Shown in pieces: positions 8,708 to 18,138 of a DNA stretch of 64,000 nt. Within the stretch, counting starts at the first letter, position 1, and every line of letters begins with the position of its first letter. Location of the stretch: NCBI GenBank assembly GCA_016795425.1, contig JAEUHG010000174.1, positions 68,131-132,130 of the forward strand, in the 5' to 3' direction. The notes under the pieces were generated by a model. That model did not search any database. It was not told where the DNA came from and saw only the letters and a program-made list of their open reading frames with translations. The position numbers and the translations under genes are program-made. The DNA is from Verrucomicrobiales bacterium (GTDB taxonomy: Bacteria; Verrucomicrobiota; Verrucomicrobiia; Limisphaerales; CAIMTB01).

Positions 8708-10669
8708 CTAGGAGCCGTTTCCGGCCAGCTCCTCGTTGCTCACCGCATTCAGGATCTTGAAGTGTTCCGCGTGAATGCCGGGATCCGGACGGAACGAAAT
8801 CCGGCCGAAGAACTTCTTCTCGAGTTCGATGATGAATTTCTCATCTTCCCGGCGCAGCCGATCATAGACGGTGGGGTGCACCACGATGCGCAGTTGGAAA
8901 TCGGACTCGTCGCGTGGACGGCGCTTCAGGATTTCCACCAGCTTCCGCTGAATCTCCACGCTCATGGTCTCGGCGCTCTTCACTCTCCCGCGTCCACGGC
9001 AATAGGGGCAGCTGTCGTACACCGACGACTGCACGCTCTCCGTCTGTCGTTGCCGGGTCATCTCGAGCAGGCCGAGCGGGGAGATCGGCAACAGATGGGT
9101 CTTGGCCTTGTCCCGACGCAATCCGTCGCGCAATCGGTTGAAGACTGCGCGCTGATCCTTGGGATGCCGCATGTCGATGAAGTCGAGGATGATCAACCCT
9201 CCGATGTTGCGCAGGCGCAGTTGCCGCGCGATTTCGTCGGCCGCTTCCAGGTTCACCTGCAGGATGGTCGAATCCAGATCCTTGCCGGACTTGTGTTTGC
9301 CGGTATTGACGTCGATCGCCACCAGAGCTTCGGTCTCGTCAATCACGATATAGCCGCCGCTCTTCAGATGGACCGTTCTCTGAAAGGTGGTCTCCAACTG
9401 CTTGGTGATGTTGAATCGATCGAAGATCGGCTGCGGTTCGTTGTACGCCTTCACCTTGCTCATCGACCGTCGCGAAATGCGGCCGATCATCTCCTTGATC
9501 CGCTCGTACTGCCGGAACTCGTCCACCAGGATGCGATCGACGTCCTCCGTCAGGAAGTCGCGTACCGTCCGGGCCACCAAGTCAGGCTCCTCGAAGACGC
9601 AACTTGCCGCCGGCTGCTTCTGAATGCGCTCCTGGATCGACCGCCACTCGTCGAGCAGCAGCGCCAGGTCGCGAACGAAGTAGCGCGCTTGTTTTCCTTC
9701 GCCGGCGGTCCGCATGACGACACCCATGCCCTCCGGAATGGATAACTCGCGCAGGATTCTCTTCAGGCGGGCGCGTTCCTCGGGGTTCTCGATCTTTCGA
9801 GAGATGCCGGATTGATCGGAATTGGGGAGGAGCACCAGATACCGCCCGGGCAGGGACAGGTTGGTGGTAATGCGCGGACCCTTGGTGCCGATCGGACCCT
9901 TGGTGACCTGCACGATGATCTCGCTCCCGGCCGGGTACAGCCGCGGAACGTCCTTCTGGGTGATCTTGGGCCGGTCCCGCTTCCGCCCCTCCCGTTCCAC
10001 GATCTCCACATTGCTGTCGAACTGGCTCGGAACAATGTCCCAATAGTGCAGAAACGCGTTCCGCTCGAACCCGATATCCACAAAGGCTGCCTTCAGTCCG
10101 TCCTCCAAATTGCGCACCCGCCCTTTGAAAATGCTCCCCACCAATCGTTCCTCGTTGGTGCGCTCAATGGTGAACTCGTCCAGTCGGCCGTCCTGCAGAA
10201 CCGCCACGCGGATCTCCAGCGATTCTGAATTGATGATAATCTCTTTGCCGCTGGGTTTCTTCGGACGCAACAGGCGCGCCACCTTCTCCACCATGCGTCG
10301 CGCCGCCGATTTGATGGATTCCAGCAGCGTTTGAGGCTTGTTGTCCGCCGGTTTTTCACTGGATTCCGCAGGCAATGACGCCGCCTCCGTCTCCGGATTC
10401 GGCACCTCCGTTGGCACGGACTCAGCGGCGCCGGGGACGCCGGATGGGACGACGGGCTCCTGCCCTTGAGCCTTGGCTTCAGAGGCTTCGATTTCCGACT
10501 GGTAACGGCGGGTGTTGAAGACGTTTTCCCCGCTGTCGGATTCGGCCGCCGCGCGCGCTTCCTGCGAGGCTCGGTCGTTCTTGGGGGAGTTGGGATGGTT
10601 CTGCATCCCGCCTTCGGGGCGGAATCGCATGCCGCCACGACGGCGGCCAGAGAATCTTCGATCGCTCAT
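8708..10669 (-). CDS. rng: Ribonuclease E/G family endoribonuclease with a disordered N-terminal extension
   Basis: Canonical RNase E/G core from KEIIINSESLEIRVAVLQDGRLDEF, with the S1 motif GSIFKGRVRNLEDGLKAAFVDIG, ..VAIDVNTGK.., and GGLIILDFIDM. The ATG at 10669 sits 2 nt after the rodA stop (10672-10674). The track start at 10834 would overlap rodA. Confidence 0.9.
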   Translation of the reverse strand: MSDRRFSGRRRGGMRFRPEGGMQNHPNSPKNDRASQEARAAAESDSGENVFNTRRYQSEIEASEAKAQGQEPVVPSGVPGAAESVPTEVPNPETEAASLPAESSEKPADNKPQTLLESIKSAARRMVEKVARLLRPKKPSGKEIIINSESLEIRVAVLQDGRLDEFTIERTNEERLVGSIFKGRVRNLEDGLKAAFVDIGFERNAFLHYWDIVPSQFDSNVEIVEREGRKRDRPKITQKDVPRLYPAGSEIIVQVTKGPIGTKGPRITTNLSLPGRYLVLLPNSDQSGISRKIENPEERARLKRILRELSIPEGMGVVMRTAGEGKQARYFVRDLALLLDEWRSIQERIQKQPAASCVFEEPDLVARTVRDFLTEDVDRILVDEFRQYERIKEMIGRISRRSMSKVKAYNEPQPIFDRFNITKQLETTFQRTVHLKSGGYIVIDETEALVAIDVNTGKHKSGKDLDSTILQVNLEAADEIARQLRLRNIGGLIILDFIDMRHPKDQRAVFNRLRDGLRRDKAKTHLLPISPLGLLEMTRQRQTESVQSSVYDSCPYCRGRGRVKSAETMSVEIQRKLVEILKRRPRDESDFQLRIVVHPTVYDRLRREDEKFIIELEKKFFGRISFRPDPGIHAEHFKILNAVSNEELAGNGS

Positions 10670-10671
10670 GG

Positions 10672-11856
10672 TTAATAGGATCTGCGATACAGGTGGACGT
10701 TTTGGAGGAGACCCATGGCGAGCAGGGCACAGACAGCCGCGGAACCGCCATAACTCAGCAGCGGTAACGGGATGCCTGTCACGGGCATCAATCCAATGTT
10801 CATACCGACATTGATGAAGACGTGGGTGAACCAAAGGCCCACCACGCCGGTAGCCAGTAATCTTCCCAGACGGTCGCGCGCCTGGCCGGCGATCTTTAAC
10901 CCGCTGAACAGCACCACCGTGTACAGGCCAACCACGAGGATGCTCCCCACAAAGCCACTTTCCTCGGCGATCACCGAGAAAATGAAGTCATTGTGGGCCC
11001 CCAAACGAGGGAGGTATCCAAGGGCATTCTGCGTCCCTTGACGCCAGCCCTTGCCCGTCAGGCCGCCGGAGCCGACGGAAATCAACGCCTGCTGCACATT
11101 CCACGCCTTCTGGCGTTGCAGCTCGCGGTAATACGCCCGCTGCTCGGGCGTCGCGTTCTTCGGCGCAAAATCCTTCCCAAAATAAACCATCAATCGGTGG
11201 CGCTGGTACTCCTTCAACTTCAACAACCGGAATTTCTCGGGCGCGAACAAAACGTCCGCCACCAACAACCCTCCCACCACCACCGCCAACCCCACGATCC
11301 GCGCCAACATCCGCACCGGCACGCCGGCGACAAACATCATCGCCAGCATGGTCGGCACGAGGACGATCGCCGATCCAAGGTCGGGCTCCTTCAGAATCAG
11401 CACAAAGGGTAGCAACACAATCCCCAGGGTCTTGAACACCACGTTGGTCAGACGCAATTCCTCCAGGGGCCGGCTCAAAAACTGGGCCAGGGCCATCGTT
11501 ACTGCCAGTTTGGCGAATTCCGAGGGCTGAAATTGGAACGGCCCCAGTTCGATCCACCGCCGCGCTCCGTTGCGATCTACCCCGATGACCATCACCAGCA
11601 GCAACAACAAGATCGCACCCCAATACCCCACCCACGCCCAGCGCGCCAAAATGTGATAGTCCACCAGGCACAACGATACCGCCCCCACCAACCCCACGGT
11701 AAACCAAACCATCTGCTTCGCCGTCGTTCCGCCGTCGCCCAGCGTGGAACTGTGTACGAAGGCGCAACTCACCGTCATCAACAGCAGGACCGCCGACAAC
11801 AGTGGCCAACTAAACCGCGACGGCCTCGGATTCAGCTCTCCCCCCTTCCCGCTCAC
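10672..11856 (-). CDS. rodA: Rod shape-determining protein RodA (SEDS family)
   Basis: FtsW/RodA/SpoVE signatures (..DLGSAIVL.., HNDFIFSVIAEESGFVGS, PVTGIPLPLLSYGGSA). The GTG at 11854-11856 overlaps the mrdA TGA (11853-11855) as GTGA, suggesting translational coupling. The track start is 11892. Confidence 0.9.
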   Translation of the reverse strand: MSGKGGELNPRPSRFSWPLLSAVLLLMTVSCAFVHSSTLGDGGTTAKQMVWFTVGLVGAVSLCLVDYHILARWAWVGYWGAILLLLLVMVIGVDRNGARRWIELGPFQFQPSEFAKLAVTMALAQFLSRPLEELRLTNVVFKTLGIVLLPFVLILKEPDLGSAIVLVPTMLAMMFVAGVPVRMLARIVGLAVVVGGLLVADVLFAPEKFRLLKLKEYQRHRLMVYFGKDFAPKNATPEQRAYYRELQRQKAWNVQQALISVGSGGLTGKGWRQGTQNALGYLPRLGAHNDFIFSVIAEESGFVGSILVVGLYTVVLFSGLKIAGQARDRLGRLLATGVVGLWFTHVFINVGMNIGLMPVTGIPLPLLSYGGSAAVCALLAMGLLQNVHLYRRSY

Positions 11857-13970
11857 GGTCGCCCTCCTTCCTGTCGCTCCGCCACCGCCCACGTGCCGTC
11901 TGCAACCACTCCCGCCGCAACCCCTGCCCGGGAGCCTTTCGGCACGACGGGAGCCGATGGAACTCCGGCCTCCCGACGCCGAATGACTTCGAAAATCTTG
12001 CGCGCCACCGGCGCGGAGGTGTGGCCTCCCGACCCGCCGCTCTCCACCACCACCACCACCGCGTATCGCGGACTCTCATAAGGCGCAAACGCCACGAACC
12101 ATGTGATTTTATCCACCAGAATCCGGCCTTGCTTCACCTCGGCGGTTCCCGTCTTTCCACACACCCCAAACCCGGGAACCGCGGCCTCGCGTCCGGTCCC
12201 TTCCACTTCCTCCACATCAGCCAACATCGCCGCCCGGATCAGGTCCAAATATCTCATGGGCACTCCCGCATCGCGTCGTGGAAAGGAGGGCGGAACCGGC
12301 GAGACCTCACCGGCGCCCGCTTCGACTTCCTGAATCAACCGCGGTTCCAGAACCCGCCCGCCGTTGGCCACCGCCGCCGTCATCACCGCCATTTGTAGTG
12401 GCGTCACCGTCAACGCCCCCTGGCCGATGCTCAAATGCGCCGTATCTCCCTCCGTCCAGGGATCCCTGCGATCCTTCAACTCCGCCACATAATCGTCGTC
12501 GGGCAAAAACCCGGAGACTTCCGGGCCGATCGGAACGCCGGTCTTCTGTCCCAGGCCGAACCGACGCGCCATGGCGACGATTCGTGACCGACCCGTCTTG
12601 ATCCCGTGATCGATGAAATAGGCGTTGCTCGACCGCTTGAACGCGCGCTTGAAATCGTAATCGCCCGCCGGAGCGGTGTCGTCTATCGAACGCGCGTTTC
12701 CTGGCAGCGGCCAATATCCGAGGTAATGATGCGACTCCCGGGGATCCAACACCCCGGACTCCAGGGCGGCTAATCCCACGATAATCTTGAAAATCGATCC
12801 CGGCGCGTACGCACCGGACACCGCGCGGTTCATCTGCGGTCTCAGCTTCGCGTCATTGAGCCGGGCGAACTCTTCAGGGGTCATGCCTCCCAGGAATTCA
12901 TTGGGATCAAACGCCGGCGCGGATACCAGCGCCAGCAGATCCCCGGAGCGCACGTCCATGACGACCGCAGCACCCCGTGTCGATGAGCCCGCTACTTGCG
13001 CTAAGGCCCGTTCCGCCGCCGACTGGATCTCCAAATCCAGCGTCAGTCGTACGCTGCGGCCGGGTTCCGTCGGCTGAAGAATCGATTCCTGGTGCCGGTA
13101 TCCCTGACTGTTCACGCGCAGTGCCTTCACCCCGGCGCGCCCGCGCAACGCCTCGTCAAACCGCGCTTCCAAACCCGCCACGCCCTGGTAGTCGCGCAAT
13201 CGGTAGCGGAACACCAGCGGGTCAGGGTCGTTATCGGCTTCATCCGCCCGCTGCAAATGTCCCAGGACATGCGCCGCCAGGGATCCGAACGGGTAACTTC
13301 GAATGGCCTGCACCTCCAGATCGACGCCCGGTATACCCAGGCAGCGCTCGAAGAACAGCGCCATCTGGGTCGGTGTCAGATTCTCGGCGACCGGCAATGG
13401 CAACGCCAGATCCTGCCGGTAATGCTTGAGAAATCGTTCCGAACTCACCGCCAACGGCCGGCCCAATGACTGACCCACCGCTTGAACGGTGTTGCTGTAG
13501 ACCGCCACCCTGGCCGATTCCTGCAAATCCCGCCGCTGCTCCAGCGTCAGCCGTTGACCGCTTTTCGTTCGACTCTTGCGCGAGAAAACCTGCCACCACC
13601 GCCGCGTCTCCGCGGTGGTCGCGACCTTCAACGCCGGGTTCTGGGCTTGTTGCGCCCGAAAATTGGGCAGGACTTGGTTCGTGTATTCATGCGCAAACGA
13701 CGATCGCAGCTCCTCGACGTAAAGGTTGACGTCGTAACTGGGTCGGTTCTCGGCCAGGGCAATGCCGTTTCGATCCAGGATCTTCCCGCGCACCGCCGGA
13801 ACGCGAACCAAACGCACCGACTGCGCCTCCTCGCTCCGTGCATACCGATGCGCCGCCATCACCTGGAGGCGCCAAAGGCCTCCCGCCAGCACCAGCAAAC
13901 CCACCAGGACGACGACCGCGACCACCCGCAGTCGGGCATCGTCCTTTTGCAATTGGTCGATAATCAGCAT
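11853..13970 (-). CDS. mrdA: Penicillin-binding protein 2 (elongasome transpeptidase)
   Basis: N-terminal TM segment, PBP dimerisation domain (RGKILDRNGIALAEN), and transpeptidase motifs (APGSIFK; SSN in FKRSSNAYF; CGKTGTAE). Sits between mreD and rodA. Confidence 0.92.
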   Translation of the reverse strand: MLIIDQLQKDDARLRVVAVVVLVGLLVLAGGLWRLQVMAAHRYARSEEAQSVRLVRVPAVRGKILDRNGIALAENRPSYDVNLYVEELRSSFAHEYTNQVLPNFRAQQAQNPALKVATTAETRRWWQVFSRKSRTKSGQRLTLEQRRDLQESARVAVYSNTVQAVGQSLGRPLAVSSERFLKHYRQDLALPLPVAENLTPTQMALFFERCLGIPGVDLEVQAIRSYPFGSLAAHVLGHLQRADEADNDPDPLVFRYRLRDYQGVAGLEARFDEALRGRAGVKALRVNSQGYRHQESILQPTEPGRSVRLTLDLEIQSAAERALAQVAGSSTRGAAVVMDVRSGDLLALVSAPAFDPNEFLGGMTPEEFARLNDAKLRPQMNRAVSGAYAPGSIFKIIVGLAALESGVLDPRESHHYLGYWPLPGNARSIDDTAPAGDYDFKRAFKRSSNAYFIDHGIKTGRSRIVAMARRFGLGQKTGVPIGPEVSGFLPDDDYVAELKDRRDPWTEGDTAHLSIGQGALTVTPLQMAVMTAAVANGGRVLEPRLIQEVEAGAGEVSPVPPSFPRRDAGVPMRYLDLIRAAMLADVEEVEGTGREAAVPGFGVCGKTGTAEVKQGRILVDKITWFVAFAPYESPRYAVVVVVESGGSGGHTSAPVARKIFEVIRRREAGVPSAPVVPKGSRAGVAAGVVADGTWAVAERQEGGRP

Positions 13971-13972
13971 GG

Positions 13973-14587
13973 TCAGGATCGCCCTCTTTTGATTTCACGG
14001 TCCTGACGAATGGTCGGTTGGGGTACGACCGGATATTGGCACGCCGCGACCACCCACCCGAACCACCGGAATAGGATCGGAGTGCCGATCGCCCCTCCCA
14101 ATGCCACCACCGTCACCTGCCAAATGACTCCTGGCCCCACTTCGGGCAACGACACCAATCCTTGGCGGCCTTCCGGGAAATATTCCGGAGCCATGGTCTT
14201 GTCCCACAACAGCGGCCAAAGCACGAAGAGCAAAAGCAAAGAAATCACCATCACCGCCACGGCTGAGGCCCCGCCCAACGCCGCCTGCGCCCAGGTCGAA
14301 TCACGCAACAACAGGTCCCGGCGCAGATGCAGGACCACCCCCAGACTCATCAATGGCAACACGCTCAGCCCGAACGGCCCCGCCGACAGCGCATCCATTC
14401 CCAGGCCACCCAGGAGTGCCGTCGCCGCCGTCGTCGGCAGGCTCGAACTCAGTGCCGAATACACCACCAATCCGGGCACAAAATCGGGTTGCGCCGCCAT
14501 GAAGCCGCGGAACCCGGAAAGCCAGCCCTGGAGGAAGACCACCAGAAACGTGGTCAAAAGCAGCGCCGTTGGATGGACCCAGTTCAT
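13973..14587 (-). CDS. mreD: Rod shape-determining protein MreD
   Basis: Polytopic hydrophobic protein of about 200 aa, directly after mreC. The ATG at 14585-14587 overlaps the mreC TGA at 14584-14586 (ATGA). Assignment rests mainly on position and topology. Confidence 0.75.
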   Translation of the reverse strand: MNWVHPTALLLTTFLVVFLQGWLSGFRGFMAAQPDFVPGLVVYSALSSSLPTTAATALLGGLGMDALSAGPFGLSVLPLMSLGVVLHLRRDLLLRDSTWAQAALGGASAVAVMVISLLLLFVLWPLLWDKTMAPEYFPEGRQGLVSLPEVGPGVIWQVTVVALGGAIGTPILFRWFGWVVAACQYPVVPQPTIRQDREIKRGRS

Positions 14588-15390
14588 GGCAGCTTCACCC
14601 AAACCAGATCCAGGGATCCCATATTCACCGCCAGACGGACGCGCGCCTCGAGGAAGACCCCGTCCCCCACCACCCGCGAATCCACCACCTGACCCACCGC
14701 AATTCCTGCCGGATAAATGCCTCCCTGCCCGCTCGTGAAGACACGCTGACCAGGATTCAAAACCGCGTTTCGGGACAGAAAGGAAAGGTCCACCAGCGCC
14801 CCTTCAATATCCCCGCCGGAAGTCCCGCGAACGATGCCGGTATTTCCTGAATCGGCCAGCGCGACCGATACCGGACAGTTCGGGTCCCCAACCAAGACCA
14901 CCCGCGACAGCCAAGGACCTACCTCCGCCACCCGGCCCACCAGGCCTTCGGGCGTGAGAACGGGAAGATTCGTGGTGACCCCATGGCGCGTTCCCACATC
15001 CAAATGGACACCTCGCCACCAATTCGCGGGGTCCCGGCCAATGACTCTCGCGGGCTTCAGCTTCCATGGGCTCCGGGCTGAGAAACCCAGCATCTGCCGC
15101 AGTCGATCGCTTTCCCGGCTCGCGGCATCCGCCTCCGCAACCATGAGCCGCAAGCGCTGATTCTCCTCCTCCAGGGACCGAATCCGCGCGGCCATCGTCG
15201 ACCTGGGAATCAGCGACGCCGTCGCCCGATCCCCCGCGGACTGCACCGAACTGGCCAGCCCGAACAGAGGGAGAAAGAGGCTGGCAAACCCCATCCGGAT
15301 GCGGGACCGGGTATGCTCCGGAAGGGCCAGGAGCACCAACACCAGGACCGCAACAAAGATCAGGATGAGAAAATGAGGTTTGCGCAGCAT
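14584..15390 (-). CDS. mreC: Rod shape-determining protein MreC
   Basis: N-terminal TM segment, a coiled-coil segment (IRSLEEENQRLRLMVAE), then MreC beta-barrel motifs (VLTPEGLVGRVAEVG..SRVVLVGDP; VFTSGQGGIYPAGIAVGQV). Confidence 0.85.
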   Translation of the reverse strand: MLRKPHFLILIFVAVLVLVLLALPEHTRSRIRMGFASLFLPLFGLASSVQSAGDRATASLIPRSTMAARIRSLEEENQRLRLMVAEADAASRESDRLRQMLGFSARSPWKLKPARVIGRDPANWWRGVHLDVGTRHGVTTNLPVLTPEGLVGRVAEVGPWLSRVVLVGDPNCPVSVALADSGNTGIVRGTSGGDIEGALVDLSFLSRNAVLNPGQRVFTSGQGGIYPAGIAVGQVVDSRVVGDGVFLEARVRLAVNMGSLDLVWVKLP

Positions 15391-15399
15391 CCCAGCCCG

Positions 15400-16428
15400 C
15401 TAGGCGGTGCTGGAGGAGGCGACTCGTTTGAGGAAGGAAAGCTCTTGCAACACTCGACCTGTCCCCTCAGCCACAGCACTTAATGGATCGTCGGCAATGT
15501 GCACCGGCAGCCCGGTCTCCTGGGCCACCAATCGGTCAATGCCGCGTACCAACGCGCCACCTCCCGCCATCACAATGCCGCGATCCACCAGATCGGCAGC
15601 CAATTCCGGCGGACAACGCTCCAGGGTCAGTCGAATGTTTTCTAGAATGCTCGATAGCGGTTCCTTAAGGGCATCCCTGATTTCCTCGGACCGAATGGTC
15701 AACGTCTTCGGCAGACCACTCCCGAGATCACGCCCCTTGACCTCCATGGTCAACTCCTGCTCCAGCGGAAAGGCGGAGCCGATCCGGATCTTGATCTCCT
15801 CCGCGGTTCGTTCGCCGATCATCAGGTTGTAGGCCCGCTTCATATGAGCGATGATCGTTTCGTCGAATTCGTCGCCCCCTACTCGCAGGGAACGACTGAA
15901 CACGATGCCGGCCAGGGAGATGATGGCGATTTCACAGGTGCCCCCGCCGATATCCACGATCATGTTGCCAGCCGGCTCATGCACCGGCAGCCCCACCCCG
16001 ATCGCCGAAGCCATCGGTTGCTCGATCAAATATACCTCGCGCGCCCCGGCATGCGTCGCCGAGTCCTTAACCGCGCGCTTTTCCACTTCCGTGATCCCTG
16101 AAGGAACAGCCACCACCACCCGAGGTGCGATCAACTTACGATGGTGGACCTTTTGGATGAAGTGCCGGAGCATCGACTCCGTCACCTCGAAGTCCGCAAT
16201 CACACCATCTTTCATTGGACGGATGGCGACAATGTTGCCGGGCGTCCTGCCCAACATCCTCTTGGCCTCTTCACCCACGGCCAGGACGTTGGTGGTGCCC
16301 GCCTGAATGGCCACCACGGAAGGTTCGCGCAAAACGATCCCGCGATCGCGCACGTAAACGAGCGAATTCGCGGTCCCTAGGTCAATTCCAATGTCGTTGG
16401 AAAACAGGCCTTTAAGCTGCGCAAACAT
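15400..16428 (-). CDS. mreB: Rod shape-determining actin homologue MreB
   Basis: Full-length match to MreB hallmarks: [79 protein letters not shown]. Confidence 0.97.
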   Translation of the reverse strand: MFAQLKGLFSNDIGIDLGTANSLVYVRDRGIVLREPSVVAIQAGTTNVLAVGEEAKRMLGRTPGNIVAIRPMKDGVIADFEVTESMLRHFIQKVHHRKLIAPRVVVAVPSGITEVEKRAVKDSATHAGAREVYLIEQPMASAIGVGLPVHEPAGNMIVDIGGGTCEIAIISLAGIVFSRSLRVGGDEFDETIIAHMKRAYNLMIGERTAEEIKIRIGSAFPLEQELTMEVKGRDLGSGLPKTLTIRSEEIRDALKEPLSSILENIRLTLERCPPELAADLVDRGIVMAGGGALVRGIDRLVAQETGLPVHIADDPLSAVAEGTGRVLQELSFLKRVASSSTA

Positions 16429-16558
16429 GAAGTCAGCCTACCGGGCGAAGGCTACGGGCCGCGGGAAACAAGGGTCAAGAGGTTAAAGCCACAATGTCGC
16501 GTCTACCCTTTCCACACCCCCCAAAGCATACTCCCCCCCAGCCAGCCGCTTCCATATC

Positions 16559-17923
16559 ATGCGCCCTTACCCCAACTCGAGCGTTACTCCATTCGTTTTC
16601 CTGACCGTCGCTGCCGTTCTTTTCCTCACACGCCCCGCGCCTGCCGTCTCGCCCCACCCCCCAGTGCTTTCCCTCAACGCCGATGGCTCCCTGCAGGTCG
16701 AAACCCGCCAAGGCCGACGAACCCTCCCTACCCGTCTCCCCGTCCCACCCGCCACCTTCCTCTACGTCGACCAGGAACGCTACGACTCGCTACCGGTCTT
16801 CAACCCCAATACCGCCGGTTGGATCAAAGGTACCCAACTCAAAGGGTTGCGCGCTCAGGAAACCACCACGCCGTTCCTCCTGGATCCCGAAAGCGTGGTG
16901 GTCGCTAAAGCTCCGCCGGAAGCGGCCGAACCCGCGTTCATCCGTGGCTCGGACTACGACCTCGATCCCGTATGGGGAACGGTGGGTCGCCTTCCCGGCG
17001 GCCGGATCAATGAGACGACGGCGGTCATGATCGGCTATCGCTATGCGCCGCTCCGAATCGATTCAGTCATCCAAACGCGGTCGGGAACCATCGAATTGCG
17101 GTCCGGGGAACCCAAGTCCGCGGCCCCCCAACCTCCTCCCCTGAAGCGCGGCGAACAGCGCCTGGCCAACGTGTGGATCCCCGGTCGCCTCCAACGCCTG
17201 GAGCCCAAACACCTGTTTCCCATCACCGAAACCCGTTACCAGGGGCCCACCCTCCCCAGGCATCGAACCGCCAAACACACCCTCCCGAACACCTTCCGCA
17301 AATTGCGGACCGGCAAAACCCTTCGCGTTCTCGCCTGGGGCGACAGCGTCACCGATGGCAGTTACCTTCCGGATCCCTCGACCGAACGGTGGCAAGCCCA
17401 ATTCATCCACCGACTTCAAGCCGCCTTCCCGCGCGCCCGCATCGAACTTCTCACGGAAGCTTGGGGCGGACGAAATACCGGCAGTTACCTCGCGGAACCG
17501 CCCGGCAGTCCCCACAACTACCAGGAACGAGTGCTGGCCGCGAAACCGGACCTGATTGTCTCAGAATTCGTCAACGACGCCGGACTGAACCCTGCTCAGG
17601 TTCAGGATCGCTACGGTCGGCTGTGGCGCGATTTCCAGGCCATCGGCGCCGAATGGATCATTCTCACCCCGCATTATGTGCGCCCGGACTGGATGGGTAT
17701 CGACCGTGAGAACGACATCGACGACGACCCGCGTCCCTATGTTGCCGGCCTCCGCCAGTTTGCCGAACAAAACCCGGTTGCCCTGGCCGACGCCGCGCGT
17801 CGCTACGGTCGCCTTTGGCGCCAGGGCATCCCCTACACGTCCCTGATGCTCAACTCCATCAACCATCCCAACGCGCAGGGAATGGCCATCTTTGCGGACG
17901 CGCTGATGGAACTGTTCCCGTAA
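16559..17923 (+). CDS. Secreted SGNH/GDSL hydrolase with an N-terminal domain of unknown function
   Basis: Signal peptide. The C-terminal half has the SGNH blocks: LAWGDSVTDGS (I), AWGGRNTG (II), FVNDAG (III) and NHPN (V). Confidence 0.8.
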   Translation: MRPYPNSSVTPFVFLTVAAVLFLTRPAPAVSPHPPVLSLNADGSLQVETRQGRRTLPTRLPVPPATFLYVDQERYDSLPVFNPNTAGWIKGTQLKGLRAQETTTPFLLDPESVVVAKAPPEAAEPAFIRGSDYDLDPVWGTVGRLPGGRINETTAVMIGYRYAPLRIDSVIQTRSGTIELRSGEPKSAAPQPPPLKRGEQRLANVWIPGRLQRLEPKHLFPITETRYQGPTLPRHRTAKHTLPNTFRKLRTGKTLRVLAWGDSVTDGSYLPDPSTERWQAQFIHRLQAAFPRARIELLTEAWGGRNTGSYLAEPPGSPHNYQERVLAAKPDLIVSEFVNDAGLNPAQVQDRYGRLWRDFQAIGAEWIILTPHYVRPDWMGIDRENDIDDDPRPYVAGLRQFAEQNPVALADAARRYGRLWRQGIPYTSLMLNSINHPNAQGMAIFADALMELFP

Positions 17924-17961
17924 CCCGCTCCAGCGCGACCCCACCCCCGAGGCCCCAACAG

Positions 17962-18065
17962 GTAACAAATATTACAAAACCAAGGCCACTTCTTGGGCCT
18001 TGGCCCGCAGCAGGCGTGGAGAACGGGCGGTATCGGTTGCGGACATGGTTTGTAATATTTGTTAC
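17962..18065. repeat. Perfect 17-bp AT-rich inverted repeat pair enclosing about 70 nt that contain GC-rich hairpins
   Basis: GTAACAAATATTACAAA (17962-17978) is the exact reverse complement of TTTGTAATATTTGTTAC (18049-18065). The interior contains CCAAGGCC..GGCCTTGG (17980-18003) and CCGCA..TGCGG (18005-18042). It lies in the intergenic region between the SGNH hydrolase and CotH genes. Confidence 0.8.
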
Positions 18066-18138
18066 AGATTTCGGGTCAGGCGGTTTTATCCCCGGTGGCT
18101 TGGCGGATGGCGGGGCCGGTGCGAGCCTTGAACTACAG

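Noticed and set aside
8378-9745. 455-aa plus-strand ORF
   Set aside because: It is antisense to the strongly supported RNase E/G gene. The composition is junk-like.
17980-18003. The GC-rich hairpin CCAAGGCC..GGCCTTGG considered as an intrinsic terminator of the SGNH hydrolase gene
   Set aside because: No T-tract follows the stem on the plus strand; the next bases are CCCGCAGC. I treated it as part of the larger inverted-repeat element instead.
17815-18138. The N-terminal 108 codons of track ORF 17815..24093, which overlap the SGNH hydrolase 3' end and the inverted-repeat element
   Set aside because: The extension crosses an upstream gene and a structured intergenic element. A clean signal peptide begins at the ATG at 18139. 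Similar over-extensions were trimmed for the AKR, blaI, flavodoxin, exbB, GNAT, folC, galM, araB, rng and tricorn genes.
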